Source of the DNA: a virus
DNA: 64,000 nucleotides
Reading direction: 5' to 3' (one strand)
Virus record (IMG/VR): IMGVR_UViG_3300035698_003810
Coordinates: 1-64,000 of that record
Below are positions 1 to 9,557 of this stretch, piece after piece. How positions within the stretch are numbered: position 1 is the first letter of the stretch; each line of letters starts with the position of its first letter. The translations under genes were made by a program, and so were the position numbers. The notes under the pieces are model-generated. The model had not been told where the DNA came from. It saw only the letters and a list, made by a program, of their open reading frames with translations, and did no database searches.

Positions 1-50
1 AGGTTTTGAAATTGATGATGAAATACAAGGTCATACATTAATGACATACA

Positions 51-470
51 ATGGAGAATAAGATGGAAAAATTATATGAAAACTTTTTAGATGAAATAAC
101 AACTTTCTTAGGAAAGGATTTGGATGACGCTAAAGATAGAATAAATGTAAAGCCAGTGGAGAAGCGTCAAGATAAAGAACGTGATGACATTGACGTTCAC
201 GATACAGGTTCTAATTACAATGATGGTAAGATGGGATTACCACCTGAATTTGTAAATAGACTTGTTCTTTATATTGATAATTTTTTCCCAAATGAAACTA
301 AGATTAGTAATAGTCTTGGTAATGAATTACGTAAAGTGATTGTTGTTAGTGATGGAAAAGAACTGGACAAAACAAAAAAGAAAGTTAGAGATATTGTGTA
401 TAAAGAGAAAATGAAAATGCTCGATAGAATTAATAAGAGATGTTGTGCTGTATTGACGGAGCCTAAATAA
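51..470 (+). CDS. hypothetical protein
   Basis: 139-aa ORF with phage-like codon usage; no recognisable motif. Confidence 0.6.
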   Translation: MENKMEKLYENFLDEITTFLGKDLDDAKDRINVKPVEKRQDKERDDIDVHDTGSNYNDGKMGLPPEFVNRLVLYIDNFFPNETKISNSLGNELRKVIVVSDGKELDKTKKKVRDIVYKEKMKMLDRINKRCCAVLTEPK

Positions 471-480
471 TGATGGTTTT

Positions 481-648
481 ATGAAAATTATAGTATGTGA
501 AAAATGTGGTGCTATTATAGCAAAGATAAATAAGGGTGAAGTAAGAAAAAATATAAAAGTGTATTGTGGTAATTGTGTTGATGCTATGATGCCTAAAGCA
601 GATTTACCACCGGGATTTGAAGAATTGTTTGGTGGATTTAAAAAATAA
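481..648 (+). CDS. small Zn-ribbon-like protein (55 aa, not in ORF track)
   Basis: Translates MKIIVCEKCGAIIAKINKGEVRKNIKVYCGNCVDAMMPKADLPPGFEELFGGFKK*; two CxxC pairs; fills the gap between neighbours. Confidence 0.7.
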   Translation: MKIIVCEKCGAIIAKINKGEVRKNIKVYCGNCVDAMMPKADLPPGFEELFGGFKK

Positions 649-667
649 ATTTTGGAGTTTTGTAAAT

Positions 668-1090
668 ATGAGTAATCAAAGAGAAAATGTAGATAATATA
701 ATTTCTTATATATTAATTAAAAAACTTGTTACGCCGATTACTCGCACGAAAAGTTATCAACTTGGGTTAATAAATAATGCAGGAAGAGTGATAAAACAAC
801 CAGAAACAAATGCAGAAAGACATGCTTTGACTGTGTTGGATAGATTAATATTTAAACTGAAAAGATTACTTGGTAGTAAATTAATTAATCTAAATAGTTT
901 TTTATATCTCTCTACATTGTCAAATGATTTTTATAATAAAATTGTAGTAAAGGGAAGTATTGAATCACGAGCGGAAATTATTAGAATTAAAAATGATATT
1001 CAAAAACTTTCTGAGAAATACAACAGAGAAGATTTTCAAGGGGTGCTTCAAACACTCATGGTTGAAGATATACAAAATAAGAATGAGTAG
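668..1090 (+). CDS. T4-like phage hypothetical protein
   Basis: GGAG upstream of ATG 668; LVTP..T..Y.LG.I...G...K and LDRLIFKLKRLL resemble a hypothetical family recalled from T4-like phages. Confidence 0.65.
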   Translation: MSNQRENVDNIISYILIKKLVTPITRTKSYQLGLINNAGRVIKQPETNAERHALTVLDRLIFKLKRLLGSKLINLNSFLYLSTLSNDFYNKIVVKGSIESRAEIIRIKNDIQKLSEKYNREDFQGVLQTLMVEDIQNKNE

Positions 1091-1165
1091 TGTTCACTGC
1101 TTTATGGTGAGTACGTAAAAATCACTCACTAATTTTATAATTTATAAAACTGAATGGAGAAGGTG

Positions 1166-1366
1166 ATGTCTTATAAAAATTATTTAGATGGTTTTGGTAA
1201 AGAAAAAAAGATTGAAACATTCAAAGAGAACATTGTTAATTCAAAAGAATTTGTAAATGCATTTTTGGATTTAACAACTGACACCGAAGATGCTGAAAGA
1301 AATTCCCTTTTCGAAAGTATAATGGAAAATATTGAGGATGTTTGTAAAGACAATCTTAAAAAATAG
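1166..1366 (+). CDS. hypothetical protein, possible internal head protein
   Basis: GGAGA before ATG 1166; N-terminus MSYKNYLD loosely resembles a T4 capsid-targeting sequence. Confidence 0.55.
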   Translation: MSYKNYLDGFGKEKKIETFKENIVNSKEFVNAFLDLTTDTEDAERNSLFESIMENIEDVCKDNLKK

Positions 1367-1374
1367 GAGTTATC

Positions 1375-1692
1375 ATGGCTGATATAGAACAAATGGAAAT
1401 GAAAGTTACAAATCTCAAATTAAAAAGAGATGGTATACAAGAAAAAATAGATAAGCATCAAACAGCAATTACAAAGTTGACTGATGATAAAAAGAAAATT
1501 CAAGATAATATTGACAACATCACTGGTGTTCAGGAAGAAGCTGATGCAGCTATTACTACTTCAACTGCTGGTAATATTTCTGTACCGGGTGGTAGTGGTA
1601 ATTATTCACCAAAGATGAGTATGGTGTCAAGAAAGAAAAAGAAAAAGAATAAAAATGAAGCAATTGATTATTTGGATTCATTACTTAGTTAA
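1375..1692 (+). CDS. coiled-coil hypothetical protein
   Basis: AGGAG RBS; heptad-like N-half, lysine-rich tail. Confidence 0.65.
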   Translation: MADIEQMEMKVTNLKLKRDGIQEKIDKHQTAITKLTDDKKKIQDNIDNITGVQEEADAAITTSTAGNISVPGGSGNYSPKMSMVSRKKKKKNKNEAIDYLDSLLS

Positions 1693-1705
1693 TTAGGAGA
1701 TTATA

Positions 1706-3595
1706 ATGGGACTCGGAGATTTTTTTGATTTAAATAAATATGGAAAATACTTTAAGGTTGGTCGTATGTCTGAAGACCTTAAAGATAGAGAAGCAACAGA
1801 AAACAGTCAGGGTTTTTCTCAAGAGCAATTTGACTTGGGGATGACAACACCAACTGGTTCTAATTATAATTCCGGTGGTTATGCTCATGGTATGACTTCT
1901 ATCAATATACAATTTGACCAGTACTTTGGAAATAAGGCTCAGAGAATTTCTACATATCGTGAAATGGCAAGATATCCAGAAATTACAGATGCTCTTGATA
2001 ATATTTGTGATGCAGCTATGGCTGAATCATCAAAGGGTGTTATGCTTGAACTTGATATTAAAGAAGAATTACCATCTCATATTGAAGAGGAAGTTAAAAA
2101 ACAATGGCTATATTTGTTAGATGAAGTTTATAATTTTGATAATGTAGCATGGGATTTATTTAGAAAGTGGTTAGTTGATGGTGAATTATATATCGAACTG
2201 ATTCTTAATAATGAAGGTGATGATATTATTGGTTTCAAAATTTTACCTGCACATACTATGGTTCCTGTTTACGAAGAGAATAATATTGTTGGTTTTGTAC
2301 AATCAGTTAAGCCAATTAATATTGATGCGGGACAAAGTTATGGAGCACCAAATGGTACGGGAGAAGATAAAAATATTTATTTCGATAAAGACCAAATCAT
2401 TTATATCAATTATGGTGACATTGGTAGAAATAGATATGATGTGAAAGGATTCCTTGATGCATCAATCAGAACATATAATCAACTTAAGAATCTTGAAGAT
2501 GCTGTTGTTATTTACAGATTGGTAAGAGCACCTGAAAGAAGAGTTTGGAATATTAATGTTGGTAGAATGCCTAAGACACGTGCAGATGAATACATGCGTG
2601 GTGTTATGCAACGATATAGAAAAAGAATTAAATATGATACACGTACAGGTGCAATGGATAGTGCCGGGAACATTCAAGCAATGGTTGAAGATTTCTGGTT
2701 TCCAAAGAATGCAGACGGTGAAGGTACGACGGTAGATACTTTGGGTGCCGGACAAAATCTTGGTGAAATGCAAGACGTTGAATATTTCTTGAAGAAACTT
2801 TACAAAACATTAAAACTCCCTTCTTCTCGTTGGGGCGATGTTGGTGGAGATGGTGGAGCCAATATGTTTAGTAGTGGTAAAACTGGAGAAATTACAAGAG
2901 AAGAAATACAATTCTCAAATTTCATAAGCAGATTACAAAAGAAATTCAAACCGATGCTTCTTGATGCATTTATTACTTTATTGAGACTTAGAGGGATTGT
3001 TGACAAAAGATATATTGATTATTCATTGTATAATGTGATTTTCACTGAACAAAATGAATACAAAGAATATAAAGATTTGGAATTGTTGGAAAGTCGATTT
3101 GTTTTGCTTGGTTCAATTGAAGCATATATTTACAAACCAGAAGAAAATGAAAATGGGTATTTCTCTCAAGAATTTGTATTACGTAATTGGTTTATGATGA
3201 CTGATGATGAGTATAACAAAAATAAAGATATGTTGGAAAGTGAAAAGAAGATAGCTGACCAAAAACGTGAACAAGCTGGATTTGGTGGAGAAGCTGGAGA
3301 TGAAGAATTTGGTGGTGATGAAAGTGGTGGAGATTCTGGATTTGGTGGAGGCGGTGGCGGTGGTGTCGTTGGTACTGATGATTTTGGTGATGGGAGTGGT
3401 GGTGATGAAGATGCAGGAGAATCCACAGGTGGAGAATTTCAAGCTGGTGGTGGGGCAACTCCCGCAAGTGAATTCAATGTCGGTGCTGAAGAAAGTTTTA
3501 AAATGAAAAATAATAAAGATAATAAAATTCTTAATGAATTCATTGAGATGGATAAGCGAATTATCAATAAGAAAAAGAAAGGTGGAGGTGAATAA
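1706..3595 (+). CDS. gp20: portal protein (T4 gp20-like)
   Basis: YREMA.YPEI..A, FRKWLVDG, NQLKNLEDAVVIYRLVRAPERR, VEDFWFP, EITREE motifs of T4 gp20. Confidence 0.97.
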   Translation: MGLGDFFDLNKYGKYFKVGRMSEDLKDREATENSQGFSQEQFDLGMTTPTGSNYNSGGYAHGMTSINIQFDQYFGNKAQRISTYREMARYPEITDALDNICDAAMAESSKGVMLELDIKEELPSHIEEEVKKQWLYLLDEVYNFDNVAWDLFRKWLVDGELYIELILNNEGDDIIGFKILPAHTMVPVYEENNIVGFVQSVKPINIDAGQSYGAPNGTGEDKNIYFDKDQIIYINYGDIGRNRYDVKGFLDASIRTYNQLKNLEDAVVIYRLVRAPERRVWNINVGRMPKTRADEYMRGVMQRYRKRIKYDTRTGAMDSAGNIQAMVEDFWFPKNADGEGTTVDTLGAGQNLGEMQDVEYFLKKLYKTLKLPSSRWGDVGGDGGANMFSSGKTGEITREEIQFSNFISRLQKKFKPMLLDAFITLLRLRGIVDKRYIDYSLYNVIFTEQNEYKEYKDLELLESRFVLLGSIEAYIYKPEENENGYFSQEFVLRNWFMMTDDEYNKNKDMLESEKKIADQKREQAGFGGEAGDEEFGGDESGGDSGFGGGGGGGVVGTDDFGDGSGGDEDAGESTGGEFQAGGGATPASEFNVGAEESFKMKNNKDNKILNEFIEMDKRIINKKKKGGGE

Positions 3596-3597
3596 AT

Positions 3598-3789
3598 ATG
3601 GCAGTGTCAGCAACATTAGAAGGTGAATTAGTAACTATTGTAGAAATACAAGGTGAAGGTAGTAGTGTTATTGTCTCATATGTAAATAGTTCAAGTGAAC
3701 TCAGAGTTAAGAAACTTGGATGGCCTATGGGTGGTAATAACACAAACGATAAGTCATTGTATATTGCATCGGCTGCGACAGTAGTATAA
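3598..3789 (+). CDS. small hypothetical protein, possible virion surface protein
   Basis: 63-aa ORF directly after portal, GGAGGT upstream; carries VSAT and IASAA motifs. Confidence 0.6.
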   Translation: MAVSATLEGELVTIVEIQGEGSSVIVSYVNSSSELRVKKLGWPMGGNNTNDKSLYIASAATVV

Positions 3790-3818
3790 GTCAATTTACA
3801 TATACTAATAAGAAATTG

Positions 3819-3826
3819 TATAAATA
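3819..3826 (+). promoter_or_regulatory. T4-type late promoter
   Basis: Intergenic TATAAATA upstream of prohead core genes. Confidence 0.8.
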
Positions 3827-3861
3827 ATAATATAAGGAATGAATTTATTAAGGAGGAATAT

Positions 3862-4050
3862 ATGAAATCAGTTATTAAAACGGTTTTAGATGGTGATTGG
3901 TCTGAGTTGAAACAGCACATCGAAGGCAAGGCTGCGACAATGATTAAAGCTAAAGTTGACGAAAAGAAAATTGATGTACTATCTAATCTGAATGGAATTG
4001 CAAGAGAACAAATGGAAGAAGTTTTAGCTATTACATCTGAAGAAAAATAA
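3862..4050 (+). CDS. prohead core protein (gp67/gp68-like position)
   Basis: Small ORF between portal and protease; AAGGAGG RBS; synteny with T4. Confidence 0.6.
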   Translation: MKSVIKTVLDGDWSELKQHIEGKAATMIKAKVDEKKIDVLSNLNGIAREQMEEVLAITSEEK

Positions 4051-4062
4051 TGGAGGTTGCTA

Positions 4063-4740
4063 ATGAAACTACTGTGTGAATTTATCGACTTTAGTAACAT
4101 TGATTTAATAAAAGAGGATGTTGAGGTTGACGGAGAGAAAAAGAAACAATATTTTCTCAAAGGGCCATTTCTGGAATCTGGTACATTAAATAGGAACGGA
4201 CGCAAATACATGCACGAGACATTACTGCGTGAAGTGAAAAAGTTCCACGATGTCAAGATTAAACATAATCGCTCTTTAGGTGAACTTGACCATCCACCTG
4301 ACCCAACAGTTAATTTGGATAGGGTTTCTCATCTCATTACCTCTTTGGAAATGAAGGAAAATATTGGCTATGGTGTGGCAAGACTTATAGATACACCTAA
4401 AGGTCGTATTGCAAAAACTTTGATTGACGAAGGTGTAGTTGTCGGAATGTCAACACGTGGTGTTGGTTCACTTGATGGTGAATTCGTAAAGGATGATTAT
4501 AATTTAATTACAATCGATATTGTTGCTGACCCATCAGCACCATCTGCATTCGTAGAGGGTATACTCGAAAATAGAGAATTTATTATTGGTAAAGATGGGA
4601 AAATAGTTGAACAGGCTGTAAAAATGTTACAAAAAAAGGTCGAAGAAAAATATAATAAGTATACACGTAAGGATATGTCTTCACACACTTTACAATACTT
4701 AACTGAATTTCTTATTGACTTAGAAAAAAATATAATTTAA
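4063..4740 (+). CDS. gp21: prohead core protease (T4 gp21-like)
   Basis: NRNGRKY, LGELDHP, VSHLI, TPKG.I, GMSTRGVGS, DIVADPSAPSAFV; GGAGG before ATG 4063. Confidence 0.97.
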   Translation: MKLLCEFIDFSNIDLIKEDVEVDGEKKKQYFLKGPFLESGTLNRNGRKYMHETLLREVKKFHDVKIKHNRSLGELDHPPDPTVNLDRVSHLITSLEMKENIGYGVARLIDTPKGRIAKTLIDEGVVVGMSTRGVGSLDGEFVKDDYNLITIDIVADPSAPSAFVEGILENREFIIGKDGKIVEQAVKMLQKKVEEKYNKYTRKDMSSHTLQYLTEFLIDLEKNII

Positions 4741-4768
4741 AAAAAATATGAATTTTAAATATATAAAT

Positions 4769-4776
4769 TATAAATA
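4769..4776 (+). promoter_or_regulatory. T4-type late promoter
   Basis: Intergenic TATAAATA upstream of scaffold gene. Confidence 0.8.
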
Positions 4777-4809
4777 CTTATGTGAATAATTATTAGGAGG
4801 AAATTTAAT

Positions 4810-5667
4810 ATGTCAAAAAAGATTACTCAAAAGATTAGAGAGCTTCTAACTCCTGAAGACTTAAAGGTTTTTGAGGGTGCAATAGAGCAAATGATTAGTG
4901 GCCGTGTTACATCAAAGGTTAACGAACAAGTTGCTCTTAGAGAAGATGCGATGAAAAAAGAGTATTCTACTCTTTCAGAAGAATTTTGCAATAAAGAAGT
5001 TGGAAAACGTCTGGAAGAAGAGAAAGCTAAACTGGTTGAAACTTATGATGGTAAACTTGTTAATTTGGAAACTAAGATTGTTTCAAGGTTGGATTCATTC
5101 CTTGAAAGTACAATCAACGAACAGATTTCAGATTCAATGCTTGAAAAAGTTGCAATTAACGAAACTTTACTTCCACTTGTAAATACTCTTAAGGAAGCGT
5201 TTGCTAAACATCACGTAGAACTTGATTCAACTGGTGAAAAAGCAATCAAAGAACTTAAAGAAGATAAAGACAAGAAAGAAACAGAATTAACAGAATCAAT
5301 TGCTAAGAATATGCAATATGAAGAAAGATTGGAAAAAGCTGGCGTATTTCTTTTGATATCTGAAAAATCAAATGGTCTTACTAAAACTGAAAAAGAATAT
5401 GTCATTAAAACATTTAAAGACAGAAAATTCAAAGAAGTGGATGGAAAGATTGATGACTATATTAAGGTTATTAAAGAAGGTGTTAAAAAAGGCACAAAGA
5501 AAAAGAAACTTATTAAAGAATCAGACACAAAGAAAAAAACTGTTGATAAAGTGATTACAGAAGATGAAGGTCTTGACGCACCTAAAAAGACGGTTGTTAA
5601 CGACGAAGAAATTAATGAGAACAATGAGTTATCAATGAGTGAGATAGCTAATTCATATATTTTCTAA
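4810..5667 (+). CDS. gp22: prohead scaffolding protein (T4 gp22-like)
   Basis: Charged helical protein between protease and major capsid; LDSFL-type motif; synteny. Confidence 0.85.
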   Translation: MSKKITQKIRELLTPEDLKVFEGAIEQMISGRVTSKVNEQVALREDAMKKEYSTLSEEFCNKEVGKRLEEEKAKLVETYDGKLVNLETKIVSRLDSFLESTINEQISDSMLEKVAINETLLPLVNTLKEAFAKHHVELDSTGEKAIKELKEDKDKKETELTESIAKNMQYEERLEKAGVFLLISEKSNGLTKTEKEYVIKTFKDRKFKEVDGKIDDYIKVIKEGVKKGTKKKKLIKESDTKKKTVDKVITEDEGLDAPKKTVVNDEEINENNELSMSEIANSYIF

Positions 5668-5674
5668 GAAAATA

Positions 5675-5682
5675 TATAAATA
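5675..5682 (+). promoter_or_regulatory. T4-type late promoter
   Basis: TATAAATA upstream of major capsid gene. Confidence 0.85.
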
Positions 5683-5741
5683 CTATTAACGAATACAAAA
5701 GATAAGAAAAAATTTTTAATTATATAGGAGGATATTTAATT

Positions 5742-7052
5742 ATGTCTAAAAGAGAACTTATAAAAAAATGGTCTGACGTAACTGGCCCAATGAGCATTAA
5801 GAACATTGCTGACCCATATGTTAGAGAAAATTTAGCACAGCTTCTTGAGAACCAAGAATCTAAAGATATGAACGGTCGTGAGTTGTTTACTGAAGCATCA
5901 GACGGTACTGTTAACACAACTAACCTTGATGCATCAAACGCAAACTGGAGATTCCGTCCGGTAGCTCTTGCTCTTATGAGAAGAACTTTCCCTGACCTTT
6001 TCGCTAATAAAACAGTTGGTGTTCAAGCTATGAATACTCCGGTTGGTTTGTCTTATGCGTTAAGATTTACTTACAACAAAGCTGGTACAGGTGAAGAAGC
6101 TGCTTGGGATGGCCCTGATTATTACGGTGCTTACACAGGTGCAACAGGTACATCTGCTGCATTAGCACAAATTTTTGGTGCAGGTGCATTGTCAGCACAG
6201 AATGCTGGTATTTATGATTCATCTGGTATTGGTCTTGCAACAAGTGCTGGTGAAGCTCTTCAGATTTTTGAAGGCTGTCTTGGCCCATGTTCAGCAGAAC
6301 CAGAATGGAGACAATTAGGTCTTAGAATTGACAGAACAGCTATTGAAGCTGAAACAAGAAAAGTTGCAACATCATTCTCTCTTGAAGCAGCACAAGACAT
6401 CAAAGCGATGCATGGTGTTGAAATTGAAAGAGAAATGGTTAATGTTCTTCAGTATGAAATTACTGCTGAACTTGACAGACAATTACTTTACAGAATGAAA
6501 ATTGCTTCTGTTAACGTAGCTAACGGTGGTGCATCTATCACATCTATCAACTGTGCAACAGGTGGAGATATTGATGGTAGATGGTCTGGTGAAAAATACA
6601 TGAATATCGTTGCTTCAATTATTCACCAAGCAAATGTTATTGCTATCTCAACAAGACGTGGGCCGGGTAACTTTGTTATCGTATCTCCTGCGATTGCATC
6701 TTGCTTACAAGCAGCGGGACACCAATTCGTACAGTACGATTCAAAAGTAAACCCAACTACAGTTATGGCAGCAATCGGTAGACTTAACGGTTCTATCGAA
6801 GTATATAGAGACCAATACGCAAGAGCAGATTATGCACTTGTTGGATATAAAGGCCCAGGTATCTCAGATTCTGGTATTATCTTTAGTCCATATATCATGG
6901 GTCTTCAAAACAGAGCTATTAGTCCTGATGACTTCTCACCAAGAATTGGCGTAATGTCAAGATATGCTATCACAGATAGTTTACTTGGTAGTGGTAGATA
7001 TTACAGACTTCTTAGTTTCTATAATGTAAATCAAATCATAGCTGGTGCGTAA
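5742..7052 (+). CDS. gp23: major capsid protein (T4 gp23-like)
   Basis: LLENQ, GVQAMNTPVGL, EAAQDIKAMHG, EITAELDR, TRRGPGNF, VGYKG, FSPRIGVMSRY. Confidence 0.98.
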   Translation: MSKRELIKKWSDVTGPMSIKNIADPYVRENLAQLLENQESKDMNGRELFTEASDGTVNTTNLDASNANWRFRPVALALMRRTFPDLFANKTVGVQAMNTPVGLSYALRFTYNKAGTGEEAAWDGPDYYGAYTGATGTSAALAQIFGAGALSAQNAGIYDSSGIGLATSAGEALQIFEGCLGPCSAEPEWRQLGLRIDRTAIEAETRKVATSFSLEAAQDIKAMHGVEIEREMVNVLQYEITAELDRQLLYRMKIASVNVANGGASITSINCATGGDIDGRWSGEKYMNIVASIIHQANVIAISTRRGPGNFVIVSPAIASCLQAAGHQFVQYDSKVNPTTVMAAIGRLNGSIEVYRDQYARADYALVGYKGPGISDSGIIFSPYIMGLQNRAISPDDFSPRIGVMSRYAITDSLLGSGRYYRLLSFYNVNQIIAGA

Positions 7053-7091
7053 GCATAAGTTAGATTGAAAATAGCATTACAGTCGAAATAG

Positions 7092-7130
7092 AAAGGGTGG
7101 GTGAAAAATAATTCATCCACCCTTTTTTTT
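7092..7130 (+). terminator. rho-independent terminator after capsid gene
   Basis: AAAGGGTGGGTGAA / TTCATCCACCCTTT stem (one G-U) running into a T8 tract. Confidence 0.9.
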
Positions 7131-7136
7131 GTTATG

Positions 7137-7144
7137 TATAAATA
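7137..7144 (+). promoter_or_regulatory. T4-type late promoter
   Basis: TATAAATA just downstream of the terminator. Confidence 0.75.
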
Positions 7145-7195
7145 CAATAGAAGAGTGGTTTAATGAAATTATGAATTTTTTGTTTGGAGGTTTTT

Positions 7196-7546
7196 ATGTT
7201 AGTTGCAAATATTATTGGGTATGATTTTTCATTTAATTACAAAGGTAGTGCTGGAGAAGGTGTTATTAAAATTCCCTTTGATGGTAGACCTTATAAAGTG
7301 CCAGATGATATACCTACATTTAAAGAGTTAAAAAAAGTTGAAGTTGTTGATAAATTGGAAACTATTAAAAAAGAAGAACCAGAAATAAAAGACTATATCG
7401 AAAAGTCAATGTATGCAGATGATGTTAATAATTTTCCAAAAATGCAGATTGAAAAAGAAACTATTGTTGAAAAGAAAAAACCATTGGCTGGTGTAAAAAT
7501 TAAAAAGAAAAAGAAAGCACAGATTCTTAAAAAGTCAATCAAATAA
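7196..7546 (+). CDS. hypothetical protein with lysine-rich C-terminus
   Basis: GGAGG before ATG 7196. Confidence 0.65.
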   Translation: MLVANIIGYDFSFNYKGSAGEGVIKIPFDGRPYKVPDDIPTFKELKKVEVVDKLETIKKEEPEIKDYIEKSMYADDVNNFPKMQIEKETIVEKKKPLAGVKIKKKKKAQILKKSIK

Positions 7547-7557
7547 GGTAAATAACA

Positions 7558-8322
7558 ATGGCAAAGATAACATCATTAGCGGGATTGAAAAGTTATATAA
7601 TGCATATGCTTGGGTTTCCAGTGATGCAAGTGGAATTAGATGCCACTGAAGATGGACAAATGGATATGATTATAGAGACTACAATTCAGGATTTTCAGGA
7701 ATTGAATTCTTCTGAAGGTAATTATTTACATTATACAAGTATCCTTGTTTCTGCTGGTGTTTCAGAGTATAATTTATCGGGTCATAATATAGAAGCAGTT
7801 TACGATATGGATTTGGCTATGGATTTATACGGTATTAATGTATTATTCAGTCCTGAACATATCTTGCTTTATGACCAATGGGTAAATAAAGGTAACTATC
7901 CGGGAGGGCCGGGTTCTCGTTCGACAAGTAATACAGGATTGGTGTTGGCAGAATATCAAATTGCTATGCAGTATATCGAACAGGTTAAAGTTATGTTTGG
8001 TAAACAGTATACGGCAAAGTGGCACAAAGAGAGGGAAGTATTACAAATAACCCCTCCACCACAACAATGTGGAATTGGAATGGTTGCGCTATATAAAAGA
8101 ACAGAAGCAATATATCTTTACAATAATAGATTAGTAAAGAAATTGGCAATTGCACGTTGTAAAGAATTGTTAGGTAGACATATCAGAAAGTATGCTGCAA
8201 CATTACCTGATGGGATTACTATTCAGGGTGATGGGTTAATTTCTGAAGGTCGAGAAGATGAAGAAAAGTGGTACAACAGAATGTATGAAGAATCACAACC
8301 ACCAGATTTTTTCGTGGGGTAA
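7558..8322 (+). CDS. gp13: neck protein (T4 gp13-like)
   Basis: LKSYI...LGFPV.QVEL N-terminus; C-terminal A.CKE.LG....KY...LPDG....G and PPDFFVG typical of gp13. Confidence 0.9.
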   Translation: MAKITSLAGLKSYIMHMLGFPVMQVELDATEDGQMDMIIETTIQDFQELNSSEGNYLHYTSILVSAGVSEYNLSGHNIEAVYDMDLAMDLYGINVLFSPEHILLYDQWVNKGNYPGGPGSRSTSNTGLVLAEYQIAMQYIEQVKVMFGKQYTAKWHKEREVLQITPPPQQCGIGMVALYKRTEAIYLYNNRLVKKLAIARCKELLGRHIRKYAATLPDGITIQGDGLISEGREDEEKWYNRMYEESQPPDFFVG

Positions 8323-8324
8323 AT

Positions 8325-8696
8325 ATGATATTAGAAGATTTGGAAAAATATATAAGTGAAGATGAAGATTTCAATTACTATAATTTTGGTTTTGATGTGT
8401 CAATGAATGATATATTAATCCCGAAAAATGGAATTGATAAATTATCAACAGATTTATCAGGAGAAATTGAAGGGACTGTGGGTGTGTTAGAGGATGTTAA
8501 GAGCATTATAGTTGGTGACATGCTAAATGTCAATGGACAACTTAAACTACCTTCAGACGTGTCCTATGCTTCTTATGACAAGAGTCCTGCTGAATTAGCA
8601 TTAGATGTCTACAATGAAGCATTACAAAATACATTTGATATATTAATATCTGATGTTGACGTTCGATATGATGAAGAAACAGAGAAATTTGAATAA
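8325..8696 (+). CDS. acidic hypothetical protein
   Basis: 123-aa ORF abutting gp13; LEKYISE near N-terminus. Confidence 0.65.
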   Translation: MILEDLEKYISEDEDFNYYNFGFDVSMNDILIPKNGIDKLSTDLSGEIEGTVGVLEDVKSIIVGDMLNVNGQLKLPSDVSYASYDKSPAELALDVYNEALQNTFDILISDVDVRYDEETEKFE

Positions 8697-8726
8697 ATAT
8701 TAATTTTAATTTTAAGGAGTATACAA

Positions 8727-9020
8727 ATGAGTACATTCAAAGAGTTTTTAAAAGAAAAAGAAGAAGAAGTGATGAACCAAGAATCTGATGATGTAAAGGC
8801 AAAGGTTATTGCAATGTTCACAGAAGGTGAACCTGTAACAGTTGAAACTATTACAGCAAAAGCTGAAGAGTATGAAATGGAAAAAGAAGAACTTGAAGCT
8901 GAAGTTTACTCAGTTCTTTTTGATATGCTTAATGCAGAAGAAGACGAAGAAGATGTACCAGCCGAAGGTGAAGAAGATGTTGGTGGAGAAATGGATAATG
9001 AAGAAGAACAAGTAGCTTAA
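8727..9020 (+). CDS. acidic putative internal head protein
   Basis: AAGGAG RBS; MSTFKEFLKE resembles the T4 IPIII capsid-targeting sequence MKTYQEFIAE. Confidence 0.7.
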   Translation: MSTFKEFLKEKEEEVMNQESDDVKAKVIAMFTEGEPVTVETITAKAEEYEMEKEELEAEVYSVLFDMLNAEEDEEDVPAEGEEDVGGEMDNEEEQVA

Positions 9021-9035
9021 TTTTTGGAGGTTACA

Positions 9036-9551
9036 ATGGGAATTTTAGGAGAACAAAATATTCTTACTCGATTGGGTGAATACATATCTGAAAAATATTT
9101 ATATGAAGAATATTCATTCATACCTGTTGGTGGTGAATATGATGCAGAAACAAATGTATCATTTAAAGTTCAAGACGATGATAATCATATTGCATCAGTA
9201 AAGGTAGTTAAACTTGATGGTGAACCGGTTAATGCTGTTGGTGATACGTATGATTATAATGATGTCTTTGCCGATGTAACATTAGAACTTGAAGGCAAAG
9301 AAGATGAGTATGACACAGAAGCAGTAAAGAAATGGGTATTAGGAAAACTTGCCACAATGGGATACGATAAAAACCCCGCTAAAGTTGACGGTGAAGAATA
9401 TGATGTTTCTGAATACAAAGATGAAATATCAGATGAACCGGATGAACTTGACGATGTAAAGGGTGATGTTGAAGACATTGACGGTGATAACGAGTTTTCT
9501 CTTTCTGATATAGAAGGCGAAGACGATATCGAAGATAAAGAAGAGGAATAA
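9036..9551 (+). CDS. acidic hypothetical protein
   Basis: GGAGG before ATG 9036; D/E-rich C-terminus. Confidence 0.65.
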   Translation: MGILGEQNILTRLGEYISEKYLYEEYSFIPVGGEYDAETNVSFKVQDDDNHIASVKVVKLDGEPVNAVGDTYDYNDVFADVTLELEGKEDEYDTEAVKKWVLGKLATMGYDKNPAKVDGEEYDVSEYKDEISDEPDELDDVKGDVEDIDGDNEFSLSDIEGEDDIEDKEEE

Positions 9552-9557
9552 TTTTTA

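Noticed and set aside
1086-1130. Two short hairpins (AGTAGT/ACTGCT and GTGAGT/ACTCAC) in an intergenic gap
   Set aside because: Only 6-bp stems, no U-tract or recognisable motif; could be chance
3564-4256. 230-aa minus-strand ORF (and similar ones at 18511-19194, 38575-39066, 13126-13515)
   Set aside because: Antisense shadows of well-supported + strand genes, with no motifs
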